DNA of 64,000 nt. Source: Salinispira sp. Lineage in GTDB: Bacteria; Spirochaetota; Spirochaetia; DSM-27196; Salinispiraceae. Position 1 is the stretch's first letter. Each line of letters opens with the position of its first letter. A program made the position numbers and the translations under genes. The notes under the pieces were generated by a model, which did no database searches, had not been told where the DNA came from, and saw only the letters and a program-made list of their open reading frames with translations. Positions 1 to 11,010 of the stretch are shown here, piece by piece. The DNA lies in assembly GCA_965226555.1 (NCBI GenBank), contig CBDDDG010000021.1:64001-128000 (forward strand), given 5' to 3'.

Positions 1-138
1 GAAGGACCATTCACACTCGATGAAACCGGTAGGCGTATAGGAATTACCCGTGAACGGGTGCGTCAAATTCAAAAGAACACACTTACATATCTGCAGGATC
101 TACTGAGATTACGCGGTTATCAGGAAAATACTATTTGA
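1..138 (+). CDS. 3' end of a sigma-70 family RNA polymerase sigma factor (region 4), partial
   Basis: Frame 1 reads EGPFTLDETGRRIGITRERVRQIQKNTL...*, the region 4.2 HTH motif. Not in the ORF track. Confidence 0.85.
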   Translation, partial: EGPFTLDETGRRIGITRERVRQIQKNTLTYLQDLLRLRGYQENTI

Positions 139-160
139 CCGGTATTGGGCTGGCGGAAGC

Positions 161-829
161 ATGAGCAGTAGCATGAATTTTGAGTTTGATATGATCACGA
201 CACGAGGCGGCGACAGCGGAAAGAGCAGCCTCTTCGGGGGTGAACGGCGGATCAAATCGGATCCGGTTTTTACCGTACTTGGAAACCTCGATGAACTGAC
301 ATCGGGGCTGGGCATCTGCCGCAGCGCCATTAATATCTCCCGCGCTTCCCGTTCCCTTGGCATGGACAGCCGGAGAAAAGACAGCCCGGGCGCGGACAGC
401 CATGGTAACGATATGGCTGCCGATATCCGATCTATTCAGCAGGAACTGCAGAACATTGCCGCCCTCATCGCCACCCCTGTGAGCAGCCTGAATACCATAA
501 AGCCCCTCGGTAAAACCGATTCCGAATGGGAAAGCTTTCTGCGTGAGAAGCTTAACGAGCTGGAGCGCACAGAATCGCGCTACATCGCTCACATTACCAT
601 AACGGACTTCATAATCCCCGGCGATACTGAGGTTTCAGCCCGCTTTGATCTTGCCCGAACCGTATGCCGCCGCGCAGAGCGTTCACTTGTATCGTATATT
701 CAGATGCTTCCAACCGAGTATTACCGCCGCGCGCAAAATTATCTCAACCGTCTGTCAGACTGTCTCTTTGTTATGGCGCGTTACTTTGAGCAGAATTTTT
801 CTGCGGATTCTTCGGGGGCGCAGGGCTGA
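161..829 (+). CDS. pduO: ATP:cob(I)alamin adenosyltransferase, PduO type
   Basis: Motifs TTRGGDSGKSSL, GNLDEL, ARTVCRRAER and YLNRLSDCLF. Confidence 0.9.
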   Translation: MSSSMNFEFDMITTRGGDSGKSSLFGGERRIKSDPVFTVLGNLDELTSGLGICRSAINISRASRSLGMDSRRKDSPGADSHGNDMAADIRSIQQELQNIAALIATPVSSLNTIKPLGKTDSEWESFLREKLNELERTESRYIAHITITDFIIPGDTEVSARFDLARTVCRRAERSLVSYIQMLPTEYYRRAQNYLNRLSDCLFVMARYFEQNFSADSSGAQG

Positions 830-1451
830 AAGAAGCCGGGCTGAAATGGTACTGGACCTGGCTGTGAATAAGTCTGTCATCATCGAAAAGAAAATATCCT
901 GAGAATTTATTTCCTGCCAGCGCGTGGGGCAGCCAGATTCTGTCATCGAACCACATCCGATCATAGGGAAGATTCTGTACCGGGCACCAGAATGGCTTGG
1001 CCTCGTCTGTTTCTATGAGCTCGCCTGAAAAATGGTATGCCCAGAAAACCTCAGCATATAAGGTATACCCATCGGTAAACGAAAAATACAAGCGGCCGCG
1101 GATCTCCACATTGTGGGGAGTAAGTCCAATTTCTTCCCCGCATTCCCGAATAGTTGCCTGAACGAAGCTTTCTCCCTGTTCCAGTTTTCCCCCGGGCCCA
1201 TTCACCTTTCCTGCGCCAAGCCCCCGTTTTTTTTCTATGAGGAGAAGTTCGCTGGCGGCGGCGGGGGCGGGTTGGGTGGTGGCTCGCTGAGCGGGGGCGC
1301 GCTGGGCAGCATCAGGCTGAATTGAGTCGCGCTGAATGTACAGAAGCACAGCCCTGTCATCAGGAGAAAAATGGGAGAGCTCCGCAAGAGAGGTATTGAG
1401 AGTATCCAGATCATGCGAGGGGGTCATATCGGCAATTTTCGGGTGGGACAT
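771..1451 (-). CDS. NUDIX hydrolase (8-oxo-dGTPase-like)
   Basis: Nudix box GGKLEQGESFVQATIRECGEEIG; KKRGLGAGKVNG; MWFDD. Confidence 0.85.
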   Translation of the reverse strand: MSHPKIADMTPSHDLDTLNTSLAELSHFSPDDRAVLLYIQRDSIQPDAAQRAPAQRATTQPAPAAASELLLIEKKRGLGAGKVNGPGGKLEQGESFVQATIRECGEEIGLTPHNVEIRGRLYFSFTDGYTLYAEVFWAYHFSGELIETDEAKPFWCPVQNLPYDRMWFDDRIWLPHALAGNKFSGYFLFDDDRLIHSQVQYHFSPASFSPAPPKNPQKNSAQSNAP

Positions 1452-1535
1452 ATAGTATTCCTGTCGTATTATTGAATAGATTAAAAATATAATGTAGTGT
1501 ACAGTAATGCTACCGTATTAGAAAGGGGGAGTTAC

Positions 1536-3710
1536 ATGATTGGACTTGTTGTTATTGCTATTTTTGCAGCGCTGAGTTTTGCCTTGATCAATTATATTGG
1601 GGTTCGACGGCTTGAACCGGGAACCGAATTGATGATTGAAATTTCAGGCGCTATTCGGGAGGGCGCGGATGCATTTATTCGTCACGAATACCGCATTATT
1701 TTTTCTATTGTATGCCTTATTGCTCTTGGGCTTGCTCTGCTGGTGAGCTGGTACACGGGGGTAAGCTTCATTCTCGGCGCCTTCATGAGCGCATCGGCAG
1801 GATGGATCGGCATGAAAATTGCCACCATTACCAATGTCCGTGTGTCAAATGTTGCGCGGAAAAGCGAGGAGATCGGGCCGACGCTTCAGGTTGCTTTTCG
1901 AGGCGGCAGTGTCATGGGGCTCAGTGTGGGAGGATTTTCTCTCCTGGGGCTGTTCATAGTGTATGTTATTTTCGGCCGCATTCTGGGGCAGACCGATCCA
2001 GAGCAGATGAGGACTGTGAGTAATTTTCTTGATATCAGCTTTATTCCCTTTACCATGACGGTATCCGGCTATGCGCTCGGCTGCTCAATTATTGCCATGT
2101 TCGACCGTGTCGGCGGCGGTATATACACGAAGGCGGCCGATATGGGCGCCGATCTTGTTGGGAAAACAGAAGCAAACATTCCGGAAGATGATCCGAGAAA
2201 CCCGGCGACCATTGCCGATAATGTGGGCGATAATGTGGGCGATGTTGCCGGTCTCGGCGCCGATTTGCTTGAGAGCTATGTTGGAGCCATTATCTCCAGT
2301 GTTGTGCTCACCGCCTATATGTTTTTCACCACCAATGCCGGCGGCGGAAATTTCGATGATCATTTTATGACTCAGCTCATCCACTATCCCCTTATGTTTG
2401 CGGCCATCGGCATATTCGGCAGTATTGTGGGTATTGCCTTTCTGTTACTGAAAAAACCGGGAAGTAATCCGCACAAGGAGCTGAACATCTCTGTGTTTAC
2501 CGCTGCCTTTCTTACCCTCGGCGGCAGTATTGTTCTCACATGGTATCAGTTTACTGGTATTGACCCCTCCCAGTTTGCGCTTGTCGGGTTCCATCTCGGA
2601 TGGCTCAGCCCTTGGCTTGCTGCGGTTACGGGTATCGTGGTCGGCATCGTCATCGGGCAGCTTGCCGAGTACTATACCAGCTACCATTTCAAACCGACCA
2701 AACATATATCTGCCGCCAGCCGCGAAGGTACTGCCCTGAACATTACCGAGGGTATGGCAGTCGGCATGAAGTCAACATTTTTTCCCCTGCTTGTTCTCGC
2801 TCTGGCAGTTATCAGCGCCCACGCTATCGCCGGCCTCTATGGGGTGGCAATGGCGGCGATTGGAATGCTGAGTTTTGTTGTATCGACGGTAAGTGTCGAT
2901 ACCTATGGTCCCATAGCAGATAATGCCGGCGGTATTTCCGAAATGGCGAAACTTCCGCCCCGGGTGCGCGAAATTACCGATGAATTAGATTCAGTTGGGA
3001 ATACAACCGCCGCAATAGGGAAGGGTTTTGCCATTGGTTCAGCCGCCCTTGCCGCGCTCAGTCTCTTTGCTTCGTTTCTGTACAGTCAGGTAGGCAGCGA
3101 TAGCATTAATAGTTTCACCGGCTTGTTGCTGAACATGATTGATCCGCTTGTCCTTGCAGGCGCGCTGGTGGGTTCAGCCCTTCCGTATTTGTTCAGCGGT
3201 ATTCTCATTGAGGCGGTAGCAAAGGCTGCGCGGAAGATGGTTCAGGAAGTACGGCGCCAGTTTAAAGAGCATCCGCTTATTCTTACGGGCGAAGAAAAAC
3301 CAAACTATCGGGAATGTATTGAGATAAGCTCCGCTGGAGCTTTGAATGAAATGCGGGTTCCCGCCCTCATAGCGGTATTCACCCCCATTGTATCGGGCTT
3401 CCTGTTTGGGCCTGCCTTTGTTGGGGGCATGCTCATCGGTACGACACTCAGCGCCATTATGCTTGCCCTGTATTCAGCAAATTCGGGCGGCGCTTGGGAC
3501 AATGCGAAGAAGTACATTGAACAGGGACGCCATGGCGGTAAGGGTTCTGAGGCGCATTCAGCCGCAGTTATCGGCGACACGGTCGGTGATCCTCTCAAGG
3601 ATACCGTTGGTCCTTCTCTGGATATTCTCATAAAAATTATGGCTGTTGTTTCACTCATTATGGTATCGATCTTCAAGCGCTATAATATTCTCGATTTCCT
3701 GAATCTTTAA
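1536..3710 (+). CDS. hppA: Membrane-bound Na+/H+-translocating pyrophosphatase, K+-dependent type
   Basis: GGGIYTKAADMGADLVGKTE, DNVGDNVGD, GNTTAA (Ala signature of K+ dependence) and GDTVGDPLKD. Confidence 0.95.
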   Translation: MIGLVVIAIFAALSFALINYIGVRRLEPGTELMIEISGAIREGADAFIRHEYRIIFSIVCLIALGLALLVSWYTGVSFILGAFMSASAGWIGMKIATITNVRVSNVARKSEEIGPTLQVAFRGGSVMGLSVGGFSLLGLFIVYVIFGRILGQTDPEQMRTVSNFLDISFIPFTMTVSGYALGCSIIAMFDRVGGGIYTKAADMGADLVGKTEANIPEDDPRNPATIADNVGDNVGDVAGLGADLLESYVGAIISSVVLTAYMFFTTNAGGGNFDDHFMTQLIHYPLMFAAIGIFGSIVGIAFLLLKKPGSNPHKELNISVFTAAFLTLGGSIVLTWYQFTGIDPSQFALVGFHLGWLSPWLAAVTGIVVGIVIGQLAEYYTSYHFKPTKHISAASREGTALNITEGMAVGMKSTFFPLLVLALAVISAHAIAGLYGVAMAAIGMLSFVVSTVSVDTYGPIADNAGGISEMAKLPPRVREITDELDSVGNTTAAIGKGFAIGSAALAALSLFASFLYSQVGSDSINSFTGLLLNMIDPLVLAGALVGSALPYLFSGILIEAVAKAARKMVQEVRRQFKEHPLILTGEEKPNYRECIEISSAGALNEMRVPALIAVFTPIVSGFLFGPAFVGGMLIGTTLSAIMLALYSANSGGAWDNAKKYIEQGRHGGKGSEAHSAAVIGDTVGDPLKDTVGPSLDILIKIMAVVSLIMVSIFKRYNILDFLNL

Positions 3711-3763
3711 GCAGCCGCGGAGGCTGCGAGCGGGAGCATGGACAGGACGCATGGGCGGGCGGA

Positions 3764-3991
3764 ATGAGACCTGAGGAAATTATTGCTGATATTTACCGGC
3801 AGCTTTGCGAAAAGCAGACACAGGGCGAGCGGCCGAAAGAGGTTCTTATGACACTTGAACAATACCGCCTGCTCAGCTGGTATCGGCGTTTTCTTGGCGA
3901 TATCGGGAAATCCGACTATCTGGACGATTATAACATTTTCGGTCTGGATATTCTTGTTGACAGAGGAATTGAAGGCCCCAGAGTCTGCTGA
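3764..3991 (+). CDS. Small hypothetical protein
   Basis: 75-aa ORF directly downstream of hppA with a protein-like composition. Confidence 0.6.
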   Translation: MRPEEIIADIYRQLCEKQTQGERPKEVLMTLEQYRLLSWYRRFLGDIGKSDYLDDYNIFGLDILVDRGIEGPRVC

Positions 3992-4052
3992 TGCAGCCTC
4001 ATCATCAGGCGTATCAGGTCAATCCGCAGAAATCAAGCCAGAAAAATCGTGA

Positions 4053-5402
4053 TCATGAAGCAAGCAGTGAAAAAATGAAGCCCGGCAGGAGGAGCGCGCC
4101 CGCGATGAGGACGATGACGGGGATGTCGCGCAGCCGGAGGGTCAATTTTTCCGTGTCCGTTTGCGGGGGATGTTCGGAGAGTATGGAGAGAACGCGGTCG
4201 AGGCTCCCGATGAGGTTCTGCCGGTTTGCGCTGCGCCGGTGATCATATATCAATTCAAAATAATTCAGAGATGCGCTAATGAGTCGGCCGATGGTTCCGG
4301 GGAGTCTCAGGTTTTTCCGAATGGAAAACAGGGAGATGAAGACGAAGCCGATAACGCTGAGCCCGCGGTATAATCCGGCAAAGAGCGCTCCTTCGGTAAT
4401 GACAATGTTCCCAATGGCGAGGAGCACCCGCCCCTGCGGTATAAAAAGATGAAAAATACTCACCGTCACTATGAGAAACCCGAAATAGGCATAGAGGAGC
4501 CGTTTTCCCGAAGCCCGCGCGAGAACCCCGAGAATGAGAACCTGCGCAAGCCGGGGCAGGGGGTGTTCTACGCTGAGGAAGATCGGCAGCGAAATAATGC
4601 CTGCAATGAATGCCCCGGAGGTTGAGAGGTATTTTTGCAGAAGGGGTGTGCGGATTGGCGTTTTGAGCCCGCGCCCGCGCTCGTGTTTATGCCGCGATCT
4701 GCGCCCGCGCTCATGTTTATGCCGCGATATGCGCCAGCTCCTCATTGCAGCGTTGCCCGTTGCCTGCTCATGGGGTTGCGGCTGCGCTGGGGGCGGCGGC
4801 TCTGCTGCGCCGTTGCCCGTTGCCTGCTCGTGGGGCGGCGGAATGGATGCTGCGTGAGCGCGGGCAATGCCTTGTATGCGGTACTGTTCGTGAAACCAGC
4901 GGGAATGACGGGAGATATTATCAGCAAGAACGGCAATAATGATCCCTGCCGCAAATCCCAGTCCGTAAAAAAGAGGAAGAATGACCCAGGACTGCGCGCC
5001 GAAAATGAAACCAACCGAGAACAGCCCCTGCACCGTGTTACTTGCCAGAGCGCCTGCTAGGCTTATTCCGATGTAACTGGCTTTTTTCGAGCGATAAAGA
5101 AGATACATCAGCAAAAAAGATGCAAAGCTGCCCGTGAAACTGAACAGAAAAACATAGCTTGCGAGGGTGCCGTTTACCAGCGCCTGTCCGAGGGTTTTCA
5201 TGAGGGTGAGAAGCGCAAGCTGCCTGAAGTTCATGAGGGGAAGAGCGAGTATGATGGGGAGGTTTGCGAGCCCGAGCCGAAAGAAGGGTACCGGTCGGGG
5301 AAAAAGATACTCAAGAGTAGCGCAGAACATGCTGAACGCAGCAAATAACGCTATCTTCTCAAGAACGGCATCGGACAAGCCTGAATGCCCTTTCATATTC
5401 AT
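4053..5402 (-). CDS. Gx transporter / heptaprenyl diphosphate synthase component I family protein fused to a second membrane domain
   Basis: N-terminal LEYLFPRPVPFFRLGLANL motif, many TM segments, low-complexity linker. Confidence 0.7.
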   Translation of the reverse strand: MNMKGHSGLSDAVLEKIALFAAFSMFCATLEYLFPRPVPFFRLGLANLPIILALPLMNFRQLALLTLMKTLGQALVNGTLASYVFLFSFTGSFASFLLMYLLYRSKKASYIGISLAGALASNTVQGLFSVGFIFGAQSWVILPLFYGLGFAAGIIIAVLADNISRHSRWFHEQYRIQGIARAHAASIPPPHEQATGNGAAEPPPPAQPQPHEQATGNAAMRSWRISRHKHERGRRSRHKHERGRGLKTPIRTPLLQKYLSTSGAFIAGIISLPIFLSVEHPLPRLAQVLILGVLARASGKRLLYAYFGFLIVTVSIFHLFIPQGRVLLAIGNIVITEGALFAGLYRGLSVIGFVFISLFSIRKNLRLPGTIGRLISASLNYFELIYDHRRSANRQNLIGSLDRVLSILSEHPPQTDTEKLTLRLRDIPVIVLIAGALLLPGFIFSLLAS

Positions 5403-5417
5403 GAGATATTACCCCGT

Positions 5418-5471
5418 GAAACTTTTGCATTGGGAAATTGCGCTTGCGCAATTTCCAGTAGCAAAACTTTG
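5418..5471. mobile_element. MITE family A, single-hairpin copy with 5-bp TSD CCCGT
   Basis: GAAACTTTTGCA...TAGCAAAACTTTG flanked by CCCGT at 5413-5417 and 5472-5476. Confidence 0.8.
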
Positions 5472-5485
5472 CCCGTGTTAAAAAC

Positions 5486-5559
<74 letters not shown>

Positions 5560-5694
5560 ATATACACAGTAAAATGCTAGCATATCGGCTTCCGGCTGTC
5601 AATTCAGGCAAACTTTTCGCCACCTAAAGTGCCGATGTACAACAGTGAACTCATCCGGCGCGGCGCGCAACAGTGAATATCTGTCTATGAGAAC

Positions 5695-5970
5695 TTATTT
5701 TAATGATGTTCCAATTATTGAACCCAGTACAGTGGTCAAAGTCGATGCCAAAACGGTAGTCATTATAATTGAGGATGGATTATTCGCATTATCACTAAGT
5801 ACTGACCACATTACAAAAAGTGGAAGAATAATGAGTATAAATACTAAAACCGAAACCAAACTACGTAATCGAAATGCCTGCCTTTTTTCCTCAGGTGTTA
5901 TTATGGGAGTAGATTTGTGTTTTGTCGTATAATTCTCAGAATTTTCAGCGCTTTTATCAGACATTGGCAA
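5695..5970 (-). CDS. Small two-TM protein, candidate toxin partner of the Panacea antitoxin
   Basis: Overlaps the end of the upstream Panacea gene; charged N-terminus followed by two hydrophobic segments. Confidence 0.6.
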   Translation of the reverse strand: MPMSDKSAENSENYTTKHKSTPIITPEEKRQAFRLRSLVSVLVFILIILPLFVMWSVLSDNANNPSSIIMTTVLASTLTTVLGSIIGTSLK

Positions 5971-6406
5971 ACTCTCTTTTTATATCTTCATGATTAATTA
6001 TTGCATTTTGCTTTTTGCTAATAGCCTTCCACCATGCGCCGTCCCTGTTGTGTACTAAATCTATTAATTCATACCCGTGCAAATGACCATAATTCTGAAT
6101 TGCTTCTACGACATTTTTGTCATCGGTGAGCGTATATTGCTTTCCGTCAGTAAATTTAAGATATGTTCGTATTATCTCGCTACCATAATATTTATAGGCC
6201 CTATATATACTCACAACAACAGGTCCATATTGCCATGCAGTAAATTCCAAATCATCTATTTTTTCGCCATCATTTTTCAGGTGCATGGCATAGCTCAAAT
6301 AAATGAGTTTTTGTAATTTGAGCGGACTAATAAATATGGCATTTTTTTCACAGGAGTTCAAAACAGAATTTGAATATGCTACTGCGGGAATGGTCAATGT
6401 GCTCAT
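5957..6406 (-). CDS. Panacea / SocA (DUF4065) antitoxin-domain protein
   Basis: SPLKLQKLIY, FTAWQYGPVV and H..GAW motifs; RBS GGGAGG before MSTLTI. The longer N-terminus in the ORF track comes from a MITE. Confidence 0.85.
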   Translation of the reverse strand: MSTLTIPAVAYSNSVLNSCEKNAIFISPLKLQKLIYLSYAMHLKNDGEKIDDLEFTAWQYGPVVVSIYRAYKYYGSEIIRTYLKFTDGKQYTLTDDKNVVEAIQNYGHLHGYELIDLVHNRDGAWWKAISKKQNAIINHEDIKREFANV

Positions 6407-6423
6407 TACCTGCCTCCCAATAA

Positions 6424-6478
6424 GAATTTTTTTGCTACTGGAAATTGTGCAAGCACAATTTCCCAATGCAAAAGTTTC
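6424..6478. mobile_element. MITE family A, single-hairpin copy
   Basis: GCTACTGGAAATTGTGCAAGCACAATTTCCCAATGCAAAAGTTTC matches the other copies; no clean TSD. Confidence 0.75.
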
Positions 6479-6670
6479 TGTAATGATAATAAGAAAAAAG
6501 AGGAGAAGTGTAAACTAATTTCTTCGATAATTGTGGGATATCAAACGGCAGAAGAGAAATACAACGCGCATCATCAATGACAGAACCCCACTTGATAATT
6601 CCCCGATTTTTCACTATCCTCAATTTTGCTAGGAAATTTCGTCATTGGCAGAAGGTTTGCGGGAATTATA

Positions 6671-9655
6671 ATGGGAAACGAGCAGCAGATAGAAGCTGAG
6701 CTCCTGAATACACTTCAGGAGCTGAAATATGACTACAGAGATGATATTAAAGATAGGGCGGCGCTGGAGTCCAATTTTCGTGAAAAATTTGAGGCGCTCA
6801 ACAAAGTCCATCTGACCAATAGTGAGTTTGCGCGCCTTCTGGAGCACATTATTACTCCCGATGTCTTCGCTGCATCCAAAACCCTGCGATCGCTGAACGA
6901 CTTCCTGCGGGAAGATGAAACCCCGCTGAACTACACATTAGTGAACATTAAAGATTGGTGCAAAAACACCTTCGAAGTTGTGAACCAGCTCCGCATGAAC
7001 ACGGCGAACAGCCACCACCGCTACGATGTTGTGTTACTCATAAACGGTGTTCCGCTCGTGCACATTGAGTTAAAAAACCGCGCTGTCAGCCCGCAGAAAG
7101 CCATGCAGCAAATTGTCCAGTATAAAGATGATTACGGCAGCGGATACAGCCGAACATTAATGTGTTTCATGCAGATATTCATTGTCAGCAATGACACGAC
7201 CACCTGGTATTTTAGCAACAATAACAAACGCCACTTCGGCTTTGATGTCGATGAACACTTTCTGCCGCGGTATACATTTGCCGACCAGAATAACAAAAAA
7301 ATAACCCAGCTCAATTCCTTTGCAAAAGCATTCCTTGCCAAATGCGCGCTCGGAGAGATGATTAGCCGCTACATGGTACTTGTCGCAAGCGAACAGAAAC
7401 TTCTCATGATGCGCCCCTACCAAATATATGCGGTTAAAAGAATTGTGGAATCCATTCATAATAACTGCGGCAACGGGTACATCTGGCATACAACGGGGAG
7501 CGGAAAAACCCTGACATCCTTCAAGGCCTCCACCTTGCTGAAAGATAATGCGAGCATTGAAAAATGCCTATTTGTTGTTGACCGGAAAGATTTGGATCGC
7601 CAGACCCGCGAAGAGTTTAACCGCTTTCAGGAGGGCTGCGTGGAAGAAAACACAAACACGGAGGCCCTGGTTGAGCATCTGCTGTCAGATGACTATGCCG
7701 ACAAAGTAATTGTTACCACCATTCAGAAACTCGGGCTGGCATTGAGCGAAACAAACACGCGCAACTATAAAAAACGTCTGGAACCCCTGCGCAACAAACG
7801 GCTGGTATTCATTTTCGATGAATGCCACCGTTCGCAGTTTGGCGATAATCATAAGGCCATAAAAGAATTCTTCCCGAAATCGCAGCTCTTCGGTTTTACC
7901 GGAACCCCCATTTTTGCCGATAACGCAGCGCACATAACAATTGACGGAGAAAAAGCATCGTACAAGACCACTGCCGATCTATTTCACAATGAACTGCACG
8001 CCTACACCATTACGCACGCCATTGAAGATGACAATGTTCTTCGTTTTCATGTCGATCATTACCAGCCGGAGGGCGCAAACAGCCCCCGCCCGGGCACTCA
8101 CGCGGCGAAAGAGGCTATTGTTGAAACCATTTTGAAAAGGCACAACGCCATGACACGCAACCGTAAATTCAATGCCCTCTTAGCAACTGCCGGCATTAAC
8201 GATGCCATTGACTACTACAATCTGTTCAAAGAGATACAGAAACACCGGAAGACAGATGACGACAGTTTCATGCCATTGAACATTGCATGCGTGTTCTCTC
8301 CGCCCGCGCAGGGAAGCTCCCCCGAGAACGCACAGGACATTACACAAATTCAGGAAGACCTGCCGCAGGAGAAAAAAGATAATGCTGTGGAACCGGAAAA
8401 AAAGAAAAAAGCGCTCAGTTCCATTATTGCGGACTATAATGCCCGGTACAACACCAACCACAGCATCAATACATTCGATCTCTACTATCAGGATGTGCAA
8501 AAACGCATTAAGGATCAGCAATTTTCGAACTCCGATCTGCCGCATAATGAGAAGGTGGATATTGTGATTGTTGTTGATATGCTGCTCACCGGCTTCGACT
8601 CCAAATTTCTGAACACCCTGTATGTCGACAAGAACCTAAAATATCAGGGGCTCATTCAGGCGTTTTCACGAACAAACCGCATATTAAATGCAACGAAACC
8701 CTTTGGCAGCATTCTGGATTTTCGCCAACAGCAGAATGCGGTGAACACTGCCATTGTTCTCTATTCCGGCGAGGCCGGCGAGCGCGCAAAGGAAATATGG
8801 CTGGTTGATGAGGCGCCGACGGTTATTGAAAAATTGGAACAGGCCCTTACAGAGTTGAGCAATTTTATGCGGTCCCAGGGGCTGGAGTGCAATCCTTCAG
8901 AAGCGGCGAACCTCAAAGGAAATGCCGCCCGCGGTCAATTCATTAATTTGTTCAAGGAAGTCCAGCGCCGCGCAACCGAGCTTGATCAATATACCGACCT
9001 CACCGAAGAACACAGGCAGAGCATTGACAATGCAATATCGCCCGAGAATTTGCAGGGGTTCAGGGGCGTGTATCTTGACATGGCGCGGACGCTGAAGGAG
9101 CAGCGCGATGAGGAAGGCGAGCCGGATGATCCCGACACGAATGACCTCGATTTTAAGTTCGTTCTGTTTGCCTCGGAGCTCATCGATTATGATTACATTA
9201 TGAAGCTCATTGCCGAATACACGAACGCGCCGCCGGAGAAGAAAAAAATGAATCGCGAGCAGTTGCTTGCTCTCATTCAAGCCGATGCCAAGTTTCTGGA
9301 TGATCGTGATGATATTGCCGACTATATTGATACCCTCGCCGTCGGTGAGGGCTTAAGCGAAAAACAGATTAGGGACGGCTACGAATCCTTCAAGAACCAG
9401 AAGAATGAAGACAGGCTGGCAAACATTGCTGCCAATTACGGTATAGAAAACGCTGACTTGCAAAAGCTTGTCGCTCTCATTCTGCGGCGCATGATTTTTA
9501 ACGATGAGGACTTAACCGCCCTGTTCATGCCATTGGAACTCGGCTGGAAGGAGCGCGGGCGCAAAAAGCAGGCAATGATGCGGGAGCTCATTCCGATCCT
9601 GCGCAAACAAGCACATGGCCGCGAAATTTCAGGGCTGGACGTGTATGACTACTAA
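6671..9655 (+). CDS. hsdR: Type I restriction endonuclease subunit R
   Basis: IELK nuclease motif, HTTGSGKT, DECHR, FTGTP, MLLTGFD and QAFSRTNR. Confidence 0.96.
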   Translation: MGNEQQIEAELLNTLQELKYDYRDDIKDRAALESNFREKFEALNKVHLTNSEFARLLEHIITPDVFAASKTLRSLNDFLREDETPLNYTLVNIKDWCKNTFEVVNQLRMNTANSHHRYDVVLLINGVPLVHIELKNRAVSPQKAMQQIVQYKDDYGSGYSRTLMCFMQIFIVSNDTTTWYFSNNNKRHFGFDVDEHFLPRYTFADQNNKKITQLNSFAKAFLAKCALGEMISRYMVLVASEQKLLMMRPYQIYAVKRIVESIHNNCGNGYIWHTTGSGKTLTSFKASTLLKDNASIEKCLFVVDRKDLDRQTREEFNRFQEGCVEENTNTEALVEHLLSDDYADKVIVTTIQKLGLALSETNTRNYKKRLEPLRNKRLVFIFDECHRSQFGDNHKAIKEFFPKSQLFGFTGTPIFADNAAHITIDGEKASYKTTADLFHNELHAYTITHAIEDDNVLRFHVDHYQPEGANSPRPGTHAAKEAIVETILKRHNAMTRNRKFNALLATAGINDAIDYYNLFKEIQKHRKTDDDSFMPLNIACVFSPPAQGSSPENAQDITQIQEDLPQEKKDNAVEPEKKKKALSSIIADYNARYNTNHSINTFDLYYQDVQKRIKDQQFSNSDLPHNEKVDIVIVVDMLLTGFDSKFLNTLYVDKNLKYQGLIQAFSRTNRILNATKPFGSILDFRQQQNAVNTAIVLYSGEAGERAKEIWLVDEAPTVIEKLEQALTELSNFMRSQGLECNPSEAANLKGNAARGQFINLFKEVQRRATELDQYTDLTEEHRQSIDNAISPENLQGFRGVYLDMARTLKEQRDEEGEPDDPDTNDLDFKFVLFASELIDYDYIMKLIAEYTNAPPEKKKMNREQLLALIQADAKFLDDRDDIADYIDTLAVGEGLSEKQIRDGYESFKNQKNEDRLANIAANYGIENADLQKLVALILRRMIFNDEDLTALFMPLELGWKERGRKKQAMMRELIPILRKQAHGREISGLDVYDY

Positions 9656-10892
9656 CAAAACGCAGAAGGCACTGGTTCCGAAACTGCGCTTTCCTGAATT
9701 TCGGGAATCTTTAGGCTGGACAACTAAAGCAGGAAACCAAATATTTTCACAAATAAGTAATAAAAATCACGATTCAAATTTGTCAGTATTGGCAATTACA
9801 CAGGAGCATGGTGCAATTCCAAGAAATCAAATCAATTACCATGTATCTGTTAGTAAGGAAAGTATTGATGGATATAAAGTCGTAGAGATCGGGGACTTCA
9901 TAATTAGTTTGAGATCTTTTCAAGGAGGCATTGAATACTCAAAATATCAAGGATTATGTAGCCCCGCGTATATAATTCTTAGAAACAGAACAGGAATTAT
10001 GAATGACTATTTTATTCATCTATTTAAAACAAAACATTTTATTCGGGATATGGCTAAAAATATTGAGGGCTTACGTGATGGTAAAATGGTTAGTTATAAA
10101 CAATTTTCTGAATTAATGCTGCCTTATCCATTAGCCGAAAAAGAACAACAAAAAATTGCACATTGTCTGTCTTCTATTGATAAGGTCATTGAACTGGAAG
10201 GGCAAAAGCTGAATGCCCTGCGTGATCATAAAAAGGGCCTCCTGCAAAACCTTTTTCCCGCTGAGGGTAAAACACTTCCGAAATTTCGCTTTCCGGAGTT
10301 TCGGGATAGTTCAAAATGGATAATTAAGACATTGGATGAAAATCTGATTCAACGAAGTCAAAGAAATAAGGAATCAAAATATAATCGAATTCTTAGTGTG
10401 AACAATACGAAAGGGTTTATTTTACAATCTGAACAATTTGTGGATAAACAGGTAGCAAGTAATGATTTATCACCGTACAAAATAGTTCATAAAGGTTGGA
10501 TAGCCTATAACCCTTCAAGAATAAATATTGGATCCATTGCGATCTTAGAACAATTTGAAGCTGGAATTGTCAGCCCTATGTATGTGGTTTTTGAGGTGCA
10601 AGAAGATAAAATAAATCCATATTTTCTGTTATATTTTGTAGATACTCATACATGTAATCAAAAAATTAAAATGGCGTGTTCCGGTAGCGTTCGCGATACA
10701 TTATCGTTTGAAGCGCTATGTAATCTCGAAATTGCATTGCCAAGGAAAAAAGAACAACAAAAAATCGCTGAGTTCTTATCTACAGCGGATAACATGATCA
10801 CCGCGCAGGAACAAAAGATCGCATCATTAAAAGCGCATAAAAAAGGCCTCTTGCAGCAACTTTTTCCCAACCCTGAGGAGGTCGCTAAATGA
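9645..10892 (+). CDS. hsdS: Type I restriction-modification specificity subunit S
   Basis: Two TRDs, each with PKLRFPEF/PKFRFPEF and EQQKIA...HKKGLLQ conserved repeats. Confidence 0.95.
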   Translation: MTTNKTQKALVPKLRFPEFRESLGWTTKAGNQIFSQISNKNHDSNLSVLAITQEHGAIPRNQINYHVSVSKESIDGYKVVEIGDFIISLRSFQGGIEYSKYQGLCSPAYIILRNRTGIMNDYFIHLFKTKHFIRDMAKNIEGLRDGKMVSYKQFSELMLPYPLAEKEQQKIAHCLSSIDKVIELEGQKLNALRDHKKGLLQNLFPAEGKTLPKFRFPEFRDSSKWIIKTLDENLIQRSQRNKESKYNRILSVNNTKGFILQSEQFVDKQVASNDLSPYKIVHKGWIAYNPSRINIGSIAILEQFEAGIVSPMYVVFEVQEDKINPYFLLYFVDTHTCNQKIKMACSGSVRDTLSFEALCNLEIALPRKKEQQKIAEFLSTADNMITAQEQKIASLKAHKKGLLQQLFPNPEEVAK

Positions 10893-10898
10893 CTCTAT

Positions 10899-10969
10899 GT
10901 GCTGAGCATTCTCGCATTTTGTAGAAAGTTTTGCTACTGGAAATTGTGCTTGCACAATGCAAAAGTTTC
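10899..10969. mobile_element. MITE family A, partial or degenerate copy
   Basis: Reverse-oriented spacer fragment plus hairpin GAAAGTTTTGCTACTGGAAATTGTGCTTGCACAATGCAAAAGTTTC. Confidence 0.7.
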
Positions 10970-11010
10970 TTATAGTTTTTTATGGTATATTATATGTATC
11001 GGGAGGTGCT